A DNA stretch of 64,000 bases from Phoronis australis (taxonomy: Eukaryota > Animalia > Phoronida). The position numbers were made by a program, and so were the translations under genes. Under the pieces are notes generated by a model, which searched no databases, was not told where the DNA came from, and worked only from the letters and a program-made list of their open reading frames with translations. Location: assembly GCA_002633005.1 (NCBI GenBank), contig NMRA01000001.1:2897695-2961694 (forward strand). The letters are read 5' to 3'. Of this stretch, positions 35,622 to 48,300 are shown one piece after another. Position 1 is the stretch's first letter, and each line of letters opens with the position of its first letter.

Positions 35622-37694
35622 ACTAATGTTTTGCCTTTATTATTTTTTTAATTATATCGTAAGTTACTCAATAAATCCTTTCGTTCGTGTTTCGTAGTTT
35701 ATTATTTTCAAAGGATAGCGAATAAACTACGGAAATTTTCGTGAGACAAGTTTAACATTTTTTAAAGACCATCAAAAAGATATCAGAATGAGTGGGAGAA
35801 GAACTGTCGTGTCGGTCTAAATCACAGGATTGCTTTGAGTTTTAGAAGGAATTTAGTCGAAGAGCTCAACAGTTGTCATCTGGATTCTGACGTTCTGTAC
35901 AAACCACTTGGCGTCTGATATGTTTCTGTCTGTCAGCATTGACGTCTGACGATGGTTTAACAGGATACTAAATCCGGTTTTAATGATTTCAACCAATCCT
36001 CGTTCTGTCACCTTCTAATGCATCATTGGCTTCAATCTCGAAACATATAAACAGGAATCTACTAAAAACTCATACCTCCAATTTCCCAATTTGGACATTA
36101 TGATCCTTGATGGGCGGTCTTTTCCCACAGTTGCCGTATAATTCGCTAAAATCGAAGGTCACGCTTGCCCGTTTAACAGATTTTGAAGGGGAGTTTTCAA
36201 ATTACACTTCAAACTTTTGAGAGTTTTCGAGGGTTTTAGAGAACTGGAAGGGAAAGTCGTATTTTAGTATCTGTTATTAGGCCAAAACCGGGTTTGTATT
36301 TTTAACCGAAACATTTGTATTTAAAGGACTTATAAATCACTCCATGAACTTGGCAATCCTCCAATAGGTACGTGTCACAGTTCCCACCGTCACACCCAAA
36401 AGATGTGTTTGCAAAGGTTAAAACGTTCACTGACTTTCAGTACTTATCATTTGCGTGAACTTTTAGCGCGCACACGTCGAGAGTGCTTACAAGCAGTTTG
36501 CATACGCATTGATACAACCAAATGAGATTTGTCGATTGTTTTGCACCAGAAACAACATTTTGTGACTGCACAACATGACATCCTTCCCAAAGTGTAGTAG
36601 ATTGTCTCTCTGTAAATTCAGAGCATGTCTTGGAATTTTTTTTTCAAAATCTGTCCTTTTAGGTAGGCCCCTAACAGACTAGTAACTAACTGACCGAACG
36701 AGTGATCGTCATACGCTCGAAAGCCCAAGGATAACCTCCCTCTATGATTTAGCGTATGTAATCATATAATAATAAAATTATCGACTTTTTCACCCGGTCA
36801 TATGGTGATAAGTACCACGGATCCACCTTGTTCTTGATCACATTTTTGGGACCTGAAAGACATATTGACCTCGGTGAAAGCCAACAACATTCTGTTCTGG
36901 GTGGCTTCCAACTTTCGCGGTCGGGCACTCATGATCCAAGATACACGCTGACATCACGCATTACTAATTGGCTCACTTGAACAATCATTTTGGCGTCATG
37001 CTACCTCAAATTAACATAGGTTGCACGAAACTCGCGAAAGCGCAAAAAGTCACAGAGGTCTTAGCAAAGCATGTGAGCACTTGCTAGTGTTTTGCGTCTA
37101 CGAATCGCAATCCGCAGTCTCTTGAATCGTCTGTTTAAATAATGTGACCAGTTCTCTACTAAGATCATAATCAGGGTGTAACATGACAATCGAAGTTATT
37201 TCAAAATGAATAATCAAAACAACTCTGAGCATGCCATTAATAACTTGAAGATAAACAACATGTGTACCAGTCAGCCCCTAAGCAACGCGACATCTCTGGA
37301 AGGAATGAGACTAAGATTGGACTATCGGAGTCAGATGTAGGCCTATACACGCTTCGGGCTGGAAGTTCTTGGCGCTCATTGGCCAAGACTGACGACACGT
37401 GAAGTTAACCAGGGCGCCACATGGGTTAAGGTCGGCCGTTGCCAACCAAAATCATCTCCGGTCACAGGTGAGGTCAAATATTTGATCCCACTACAAACGA
37501 TCTCCGTGTTACCAAGTTGTTTACAAACTAAAATCATTACGTCACAGTCCGGATATGGTTTTGAGGGCGTAGCCAAAGTCTGTTGGCTTCGTTTAGGCTA
37601 TAAGTATGTAAATTTACAAACCAGTCTATGATTTGGGATTCTTTCGATGGCTCTAAAACACGCTTAAAGTGTTCACTACAGTTCAAGTACGCTT

Positions 37695-39355
37695 ATGGAC
37701 AGAGAAGACATTTCGTGTCTAATTTTTCTTGTGGTCATCTTGTCACGTTTCGGAGGTGTTTTTTCATACCCACAAGGGGCCCCAACAGATGCCTGTACCA
37801 AGGCACTATATCCGAAACACAATGTTCCGTTTAATCGAGCTTCCCATTCGTACGTAATCAACGTTTTCAAAGATGGCACCAGGGACAAAGTGGATCACTA
37901 CACACCGGGTGAACCTGTATTGGGTAGGTGTTCGCTTTATTTGATTTCCAATTTCGTAACCTTTGTCAAGAGATCTAGCACGTGTTGTTTACCTTTATGT
38001 TCGACATGTGATCTTGAAAATAATGCGTCCCAATCTCTCTTATCGGTAGAAGTGCCTGTGGTCTTGATAATTCCTCCTCACACTAAACATTGGGATCACA
38101 GATCGTACGCCTTGGACATGATAATAGAAATATGCGATATTGCAACAAGATGGGGCTAAGTAAACATTGGTAATATGCACAATTTCATATTCCAGTGTCA
38201 ATATCAGGAGGGAATCTGAAAGGTGTCTTGATAATGCCGATAAAAAATGGCAAGACTGGAGACTTCGCAGACGGCACGTGGGACTTTCAGGACACTAAAA
38301 GTTTTCACTCTGTAACTTGTGGAAATGGCAAAGCACGCGGAATGACTCACAGTCACTCGAACGTGAAAAAGGATGGAGAAGTTATCGGGAGGTGGACGCC
38401 TTCTTTATCTCTCAGAGGTTCAATAAAATTTCAGTGAGTTTTTCTCGAGTATCATCATCGCAAAACTAAACGACATCTGCTTATTAACGTAGTAATTCTA
38501 ATATTTAACAAATAATCTAGACTGGGGCCATATGGCCCAGGCTGCGTTCCGTGGACGTTAGAAATTCGCGAAAATGCAAGATCACGCAATTCTCCGAGAG
38601 GTACTGCAATGGATTACAAACAAAGCACATTATCTTTCTCGCGAGTGTCTTGGAATGCACCCCCCCCCCCAAATAACTCAAGTGTTTCTGTTATGGCATC
38701 GTTAATGTGAATTATTAACCATTCGAGTTCAACCTTTAGTTATGTATTGTATGAGTCTATTTCTACAAAACGCTACCTGGATGTCCATTAGGAATTACAG
38801 TCGATGTTTGCTGTTTTGCTAGGATGCAAATTGTTTTGAATATCGAATTATTCTATGCATGTTTCTGTTTACTCAATAATTTTTCGCAGGTCAACAATTG
38901 TCGTCACTAAGGAAAACTTCTTCATTGGGATATTCACAGATTTTCTCTCCCAGAAAGAACCTCCGCCTAACGTGCCCGAAACAACAACTCCTACCTCAGA
39001 AATCTCTCAACTGTCGACTTTGCGACCACAAGTCAGTACCTCGAATGAAGATGTTCTCTTGCTAACGTCGCGAGTTCAAACACTAAAGACCACCATTAAA
39101 GTATTAACTTCACCACAGTCAGGTGAGGGAAATACTCAGCCGACGAGATCATCATGTGTCACGTCGCGTCAAGCAAATGAGATTACAGTCACAGAAAAGG
39201 GGAATGCGCAAGGTTTTGGGGAAGATACGCAATCAACAATGTCCTCTACACGAAAATCAGAAATGTTAAGCAACAAATCGTCCATTGTCACCGTTTCATT
39301 TCCGGTAGCCATTTCATTGTCTCTGCTAGGACTTGTTGGGACTGTAATAAAATGA
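37695..39355 (+). CDS. Reeler-domain protein (putative defense protein/FRRS1-like Reeler) with Ser/Thr-rich stalk and C-terminal hydrophobic, GPI-like tail; exons 37695-37923, 38196-38433, 38890-39355 (310 aa)
   Basis: Signal peptide then YPQGAPTDAC...P.H, YTPGE, LKGVLI, G.W, C......MTHSHS, WTP, IKFQSTIV; canonical splice sites, phases 1 and 2. Confidence 0.9.
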
Positions 39356-42354
39356 CCGTGGTAGGGATAAGGGGTTACGGAACCTTGGTACAGTTGTCAC
39401 ATTCATATCTGAGTAATACACCACACCACAAGAATCAAATTCATTTGAATTGAAATAAGTTAGATGGTTATCTGTTCTTTGAGTTACCACTCGCCTGGTT
39501 TGACGCACCTGTCGGAAGACATTTTATCCAACCTTTTGACGTACAGCAGCAATAATTGCTTACACGATTCTTGTTAGTTTTGGATAACACGAAACAAGAG
39601 TTTAACTGGAGCACTTAGTCTAACTACAAATCGAACAATTATTGAGTTACAGGATTGCTTGTCGACAATTTCTTTAATTAAGGTGCGTATTCGATATGTT
39701 GTAATTCTTGGTATTTGTTTATACGTGTGCAGTGTGTATAAACAGAGCCGTAGAAATGTGAATATTTAGGGGGTACAAATTGATTCAGCTTCTCTAAAAT
39801 TTTGCCTCCAAGGGAATACGAATTTCAGATATCCCCTGTTGCCACCACTTCCGCCCTCCTGGCCGTCACCAATTTCGTACCCCCGCCATGGGCAAGCGGA
39901 CTTTGCTGTTGGGAGGGGAGGGGCAGGAGAACCCGGGAAGGCACTCACAAAAAACTAAGTACCCGTGCTCAACACAATTTCACAAGAAAGGTAAATTATT
40001 AGATATGAAGACATTACGCGCTTGGGTTCAGGGAGTTTAGGGAATGACTTTGACCTCAAGGGGCGGGGAATAGTATTTCTCGATGAAACTCATTTTTTTG
40101 GGTTGCCAAAAAATGTACACTGCCAAAATCACAAGTAGATGGTAAAAAGTAAGAAACTTTTACCGTTGATTGTGAAATCCGGAGAAATATTGGGATAAAG
40201 AATATAACCTTGAAATTGAGAAGACGGACCATAGTCTCGAAAACTTCTTCGTCTACTAAAGAGAGTGAAAATGAGACCTAAGGTCACGATTCACTTTTGT
40301 TACTGTCGAGTTTGGGAAATTTCACTTGATTAGCTAGTCATGCTTCAAAGGTGCACCTTTACTTGAAATAGTGCGGTTCTGTGGTCCCTGTGCCTTTTTC
40401 AGAATCCCTTGGTGGAACACGGACGCTCGAGTTTCGGTGGCTGCCCACCCTCACTCGGGGTAGTAAATGATATTAAACTTAGCGAATATTCAATAACCTC
40501 CCCATTTCCTATTAAAGTGAATTTTGGTTCATTCCAATGACAGTCTGTTACAGTTTATGAATTAAACTTGCACTCCAAAAATCTCTGAAACCTTTGTTTA
40601 CGACTGCCAGTACATGTGCTTTGAGCACATTTTATTATCCCCCCTGATCGAGACGTGTGAGTATCCTATTGGCTACCAACCCTCTCTTCACACATATTGC
40701 TTTTCTAATAACCATCTTCAAACGAAATAGTGTTCTTGAAATTATTTATCGTTATGAACCATCGGGAATATCGTCGTCGCGTGATTCACAAACAGTTGTT
40801 TTCGAATTCTTTAACCTTCAATCCTCCGGGGGGTCAAACTCACAGTTTTGGTTGCTTGAGTCACGTGCCTTGACAATCATATGATGCTGCTCGTCACACG
40901 TTCTGTAGTATTCTCGACCATTTTGGAATTTTATCTGCACGTAAATGTACTTCATTTCAAAACTATTTGGCAGCATCCCCTCCCGTAGACAAAATGTCGA
41001 GCGAATATCGTAGGAAGCTATTGACCCTGAACATTGTTGTGTTCACTTCGTGAGTAGTCGACAATGCCGGATAAAAGGGCAGTTGACCTGGGCCCTCCAA
41101 CAAGAGAGGACTCTGTCTGAAAGGGTTTCCTTGATATGAACGATTAAACTTTTGAAAAACTGGAAACGAATGACAACTAAATTCATCATCGGGTGACCCT
41201 ACAAAAAGTAATCTTTACCATAAAAGATTGCACGATTTCAGGAAGCAGGAAGAGATTCATAATTCTTTGGTTGGGGCCTCCCTCCGCTCGTGGGAAATGA
41301 TACAAATTAAAAAACAAAGGAAAAGGTTGGATATGGAACATTTATGGGAGTAAACGCACACAATTTATCGCCACAAATGTCTTGCGAGCGTCTTGGGTAG
41401 TGAAACACGCCTACGTATAACTGCACTTACATGTATTCGGCAGGTAGCCACGTCAAACCCCTGAGGCTCGCTTCAGACGCCAAGCACGCAGTCAGCTTTG
41501 TGTAAACCAATACAGTCTGTTGTCTAATTGTATTGAATTCATAACTGAGATGACTTGCCCATTTGGTGTTTAAATTCGCTAGTCCTTAGTAGAAACTCGT
41601 CTAGCGAGAACCTTGACACCAAAGCGTCGTCACCTAGCGGATAAAAGTCTTTCTGCTTTCACTAAGTAGTTATTCTTCATTAGAATCAACTCGTGGATAT
41701 CATATTGCCTGTCCATGAAATATGAAACAAAATTGGTGATATTCAGGTAAGTATCACGACGCACCAAGAACACCGAGTTTTTTCCAATGCTGCGTACAGG
41801 TATTCGGGCTAAATGTAAATAGGCCCCCGGTGAACTGTTATGCGTGGTGATGGGTTGAAAGCGAACATGCCTTAATAAAAATTGTAAATGTCCAACCTTT
41901 TTCAAGTTAGTTACCACTATGTTTTATTTTGTCCACAAACTAATGATAATCACGTTGGTGGCAACAAGAAACGATTATCACCATGAACATGCCGCCTCTA
42001 GGTGGGATGAACTCTTCGGTTCTTAGCTTTACTTTGATATTTTAGACCTAAATACTTTCAGTACCGACTTTCTCCTCGGGCCGGTTTCGTATCTTCTATA
42101 TCTACCATTCGCCCAAGGTGACAACGTAACAACCGACATGAGATCTAGAGTTGACTGCCTCCATTCTTACGTGGTTTTGAAGAGGTGTAAGTACGTCACT
42201 GCCTTTTCCCAAATTGAGGAGACTTATCTGGCTCCTCGTCATGTGTTGTCCTGCGTTGACCAACGTCAGCGAAATTTCCTGCGTCAACGCAAGACTGGCA
42301 CTGGGTGGCACTACTATCGCATGGCGGATGCGCGTATTGTGTGGTAGAATGCAG

Positions 42355-45300
42355 TTATTCAATGGCTCGGTACGGTATCTTGTTAGTCCTTTTGCTGATT
42401 ATGTAAGCAATCACGACAAGGACGATAATTCCAGCGAAGCTTCCGGCCACCACAATCGGTACCAAACTTCGAGATTTTAATTTTTCCTCCTCCTTTTGCC
42501 GGTCCAGATCACACTCGAACACTGTAAACGAAACGACAAATAAGTCTTCAACTTAAAGTTACAAACGGTTTACTGATGATATGAAAAATGAATGTATCAT
42601 GGACGGAAGAACTTACGTTTCTGTGTTATCTATACGCACACTGCACGTTTCCATGAACTAAAGTCACGGTTTCTGTTGCATCGGTTAATATTTTTTTTGT
42701 TTTATTCTAATCCATTCCACTCCATTCTATCCATTTATACTTATCACTTTCTCCTCTCTTCTGTCTTAATGAAGTCAGTCACCGCGACGATCACGCACAA
42801 AGTTAATCGAATCAGTTTTTAATCGTCTGTTATGTTGTAACTTATCATCAGCTGACGTGTAAGTAGTAAAGCAATTAAATTGGTCATGAAGTATGAAAAC
42901 GACTGTAAGAATATAAGGCCATACCCAATGAAAACTACTTGTCCTGATTCATCATTTTAACGTAGTAATTTTACGCTCACCAATGCCATTATGATTTACA
43001 ACAAATGCTAAAGTTTACTATATAATAAACTTCGGGCATAGTCATTGCTTAATTCTAATTAAAGTGTAATAAACAGATTTCCAAAAAGCGTGGGAAATTA
43101 CCACGTTATTTCCTATTACATCACAAAAAGTTCACAATGTGTCGGCTGGTAGTGACAGATGGTAGCACTGCATTTTTTCGATGGCAAATTCTTCCGATAA
43201 CGAAGTTGTTTCATCGCCATATCGGGACACACTTATTCAAAATGTTTTCACTTGCACTGTCTGATTTGCCCGATATCTCCGTATGTGATACGCAATCAGC
43301 GAAGTCCATCACGGGCATCTGGGAAGATAAATCTTATCTATTTCCAGCCTATCATCCGGGTTGCAACACAAAGCAAGTATTATTTATTTAATCAAAACGA
43401 TGGGTTATTGGTGATATAGTTTTACTGTCAATGTCATCTAATTGTTTCCATTCACTTGACTACTACAGAAATTCTTTTGGCTGGTTGCACATGAACTAGA
43501 ACAAGCAGTGAATACTTTAGAAGTAGGACTTTGAAGCACTATTTACACTACCGTATACAATTCGCAAGCTTTCGCAAGCTCCGCCCCTTGCGAAATGTCG
43601 ACAAACAAACAATAAATTTTACCCGGCAACGGTTTTTGTCGGGTAGAATGGCGGCTTGGAAACGAAGGTGTGTCAAGAATGCTGCGTTCTGATTGGTCAG
43701 TTGAGAAGTCACTCAAAGTCCTAGCGATAGGTCAGTTGTCGAATGGAATGCTATGAATGGACCATGTGACGTATGAACAATACTGTAGTGAGGTGAACCA
43801 CTCCCCCAAATAGCATCAATCCTTCACGATACCTTCCGTACAACGTAGACAGTCACGACCACCTGTCCCATACGATAAGCGGTTCGTGGAGACAAGGTTG
43901 AGTAACATATAGCGACAAGGTAAGATTAAGGTAAAAAGCACTTGCTTTGGAATAAATCGATTTTTCAGCGGAGGCACTAAGCCGCAGAACCAATCATACT
44001 ATTCCACCTCATGGTTCCGAATCACTTTGTACCAGATTAAGAACGTTAATTTGCCATATCACTTTGAACCTCTTTCTTGAGTGGCGGCAATGTATATGGG
44101 TTTGTGATTTGGCTTGAATTCAAGCTGGAACTGTTTTGTTAACCAGAACTTACATGTCCCCCAGTCGACTGTCGAATCCACGCTAAACGGCCGCATTTTT
44201 GCGTCCGACACTGTCATTATTACATTGTCTGAACTATCCGTAGACGACGTTAGGTTGACATTTTGTGGCTCAGAGCATTTGTAGGTCTGCAGTACTGGTG
44301 TGGCAAAAAGAGACATGCCATCCTTCGATACAACACTATGAATTCCATCTGAAACAAAAGGAACGAAGATTAGGCAAAAACTGACGTCAATATGTACGTC
44401 AAATGCTTGCAGTGCAAAATTTTGCCAAACAATATGATGAGAACTATACTCCACGATCCGCTAAAAGTTGTTGAAACGAAACGACTTTCAACTTTCGTGT
44501 GACGTCGTATGCAAGCTTGCGCTTGTTGGTGTAACCACAGACGAAGGAAACCATATTGGAGTAAGTCGAACAAGGCAATATTTCGGGTAAAACGACCGTG
44601 TCGTACATGATGGGTTTATGAGGTATCGGTATGTTTAAACAGCTAATACAATTTTAAATGTCTCAAAAGGTTCAAGGCTTTTCTGTCTAAGTGCTGCCGT
44701 TTCCTTGTTATTGTTTTCGCACTCGAGTGTCAATAACGTATATTACAGTAACGTGTAGTGCCCTGAACTGAGAAGAGGGGAACAGAGTAATGTAAAATAA
44801 GAAGAACTCATGAAACATACGCTTTAGTCATTTTATCTTCAGAAACTTTCTATTTGATGTAATCCTTGAAACTCCTGTCACCTTCAACCATTGATGTCAG
44901 GGTAGAAATCCTTATTAAGAAAGTCTGCTTGCACTAAAAGACACAGTTTCTCATCCAAAAATAAAGTGCAAACATAGCGCAGTCTAACTAAAACCATTCA
45001 TCAAATGTGTAAGTACCCCATTGTGAGGATTTCCATTGTCTTACCATGCAATATCTTGTCAAAAACTACATCATTCTGTTTGACGTTATAAGACAGGCGA
45101 ACGAATGTTGCTTCCCAATATGGCTCTCCCAACATGGGGACGTTCAGACTTTCTTCCGCGGCCTCTAGCGGTGAATGGTCGTGGTGCTGTCAACGATATG
45201 AAAGAACGATAGTTGATAGAGTCTAGCATACACCAGGCGTACGACCTTGAGATGTTTGTAAAATCTATACCACATATTTGTCCTCTAAATGTAAAAGCCT

Positions 45301-48300
45301 CTGTAGTTTATTATCAGTTCTTTGCATACGCATCAATGTCATCGGGGAACAATTTTTTTTTAGATAACTCTCTGATGCTAAGAAGAAGCTGTCTGTTTTA
45401 AAATCGCATGCCTGTGAATTGCCTTGTACACGGTTTTAACTATCTGATCGCTTAGCAAAAGCTGCTTATAAAATATGAGCATGATCAAAATGTTTGCAAA
45501 CTCTATCCAAACACATACTAGATCAATAATTTGGTTGCATTTTATACACTTTCAAAATTCTGTCATGCAGCAACATATCCGTAGTGCAGGTTCACAGAGG
45601 CCAGTTACATGAAACAGTCCCTATAGGGAGACAGCTATTTTCCCTAAATTTTCATTTGTGGACTTTGTTTGCAAACACCGCTTGAGCTTTCTTCTGGTAT
45701 TTTATTTCCATGGCTGCGTCAAGTTTTAGTTTTTATATATGCCAAGAGTATACGAGACTTTTGAAAACAAATAGGAACCCTTTCATGCAACGGCCTAATG
45801 TCGTTAGTTTCGTTCATCCGTTAAAAATCCAACAGAAAACAGAATCCTTACATATGTCACGATGACAAATCTAACGATTCTCTCTAGAAATAAAAAAAAA
45901 ATGTTTAACTTTTTCCAGGGATTCAAAACTGCCGCACCTTCGAACAAAAACACAAGTAGTTCCGGGATTAACCTTCGGCCGTCTGGTCAAAGTGCCGACA
46001 TTCTTTTGAATTTATCTTTATTATCAGTGTTTATAGTGGACATTTTACTACTCCATGGAACATTTAGGAAAACTTTCAACTATATTTGTGTGCATGCGGA
46101 TTACCTGAGCAACAAAGCAAAACGAATGTGCCTAGGGACCAGAAACCACAAGTGTTCCGTGGGAGTGTTAGGGATTTCTATGATAAACAGTGTTCGTGTA
46201 GATAACAGAAAAGAACGAGGGCACTTGGACCAGACGGCCCAAAATCAATCCCATAAACTTCTATTTTTGCTCTAAGGTGCGGTTTTAACTCCCACAGTAA
46301 GTTAAACCGCTTTTTTAATTCTTCAAAGAACCGTTTGATTTGCCATCAAGTATACACCGAGGCAGCTAACACGGACGTGCTGTGGCACCATGTTATGCCA
46401 ACGACCACATCGGCGATGCTGAAACTACTCACTTGCGTGAAGGTCATCCAGAGAGTAAACTGTTGCCATGACAACACTAGCTGCGCTGTATTGTTACCAC
46501 AGAAACCAGAAACACGGGGGTCTGTTGATAGTTCCACATTGATGCTTTTCTAATGGAGTAATTCAAAATACATCTGTGCAATGACATTTGTTGACAAGAA
46601 ATCAATAAACAAAGAACTGAAGTTGGTCATTAATGAAGAGCATTCCAACATCGCTATTTCTGATTCCACAAAATTACATTTCTATTAAGGTTATTATCGC
46701 AGCACTTCTGCGTTATTGTCAAGAACAAAGTACTTACACAGTTCTTAATTTTGCATGAATGTCACATGGTTTTACCCATTACTTAAAATGTAATAAAATT
46801 TGTTCGAACAATAATCGTGACGATGGTCTGACGGAAGAGCACAATGTAAGTGAGACGTGTCATAACCAAGGCAGTGGGGTATCAGACTATATTTTTGACA
46901 GGCGGTGCAGCTGGAAAATTTAGGTACCCTTCCATTTACAGTGTGGACTCCGAAAAGGGACTCATTTGCAGAGAGTTCCCATTAAAAGTCACCCTTCCGT
47001 GGAGCTTTTACTGTTTTGTAGGGATTGTTGGGCAGTTGTTTTTTAACACATCAAACTCGAAACAGTGCAAGAAAAGATACCATGTTGCACATCTCTTGCA
47101 ATCAATCTCTGCAGATTTTTTCGTAATTGGGAAAAGGAACAGTTTGTGCAATTACGAACTACCCAGTGTACCTTTTGTGTGGAGTAAACCGGAAAGGGCC
47201 ACCCTTCTTTCTGAAAGTGGTCAAGAAAAGGTCATGCATCTGCGCGTCATGTCCTCTATACCTCACTATGGAAGTACAGTGTACCTCTGGGAAACATCGT
47301 CAAGTTAATAACGAAAAATATTCGAGGCGGCACTCAATCCCTATACCAATCCTCGTTGAACGGCCGTTAATAGACAGAGTTTACGTTGGACCCCATGGTC
47401 GATTACTGCGCAACAACCGTTTCGTCAAGTGCGAGATGTGGTGTTTAGGCCTACATTCATGTAACAGGAAACGTGTGGTGTTCACGAAACTGTTTGCGAA
47501 TGCTGACCAAAGTTGTTTAAAGCTCCATAAAACAACAATAAATGAAACCAAGAGTGCTGAGTAAATTCTGTTCACTTTTTAATCGTAACTAGAAACTTAT
47601 CTCAGAAAAGCTTTGACATTTATTCCAGTGTTTCATCTGAGATGGCGCTGGTCGTGGCGACTTTAAATTGATATTCAAAAGACCTACTTCATTAAACCAT
47701 GATTTAGTCTGACCAAACGTAGTCCAATTTAACGTAAGAGTTAAGCTGTAAAACAACCAGTGTGAATTTAAGTCAGAATACAATTTTTTATGAAACACGC
47801 TTCCGGTTGGGTAACATGCCCGATCGAGTGGAACTGATCGACGCGCAACTGAACAGTACACCAAAAGGGGCGAGTTATGCAAGTAAGTTACGAGCGTAAA
47901 ATACGGCAAAACTTACTAGCGACGCTCATGGTTGCATTGTGGGACGGTTATCGGCTCGTAAACATCCGTCGACATCAATGAGTTAAGCACTTGGAGTATA
48001 AACTTAGTGGGCTGCGTTTCGTAGACGCAATAATTTAGCGAGTAAAGCTAGTTTGATGACGTGCTCGCGAAATATTTGTTGAACGCCTATGTATTCATTC
48101 CGCACTTGAAGCATACTTCAATTTCGTATTTACTTGTTTAGACATACTGTTACCAAATAGCGTGTTAGCTGAGCATGCTGGCCTATCGCAAGCTCCACCC
48201 CCTTGTGAAAAGTCACGTGACAACCGACAAAAAATCAAAAAGTTATACCCGACAACGTGTTGTTTTGGTAGGGTAAAATGGCGGCTTGGAAACGAAGGTC

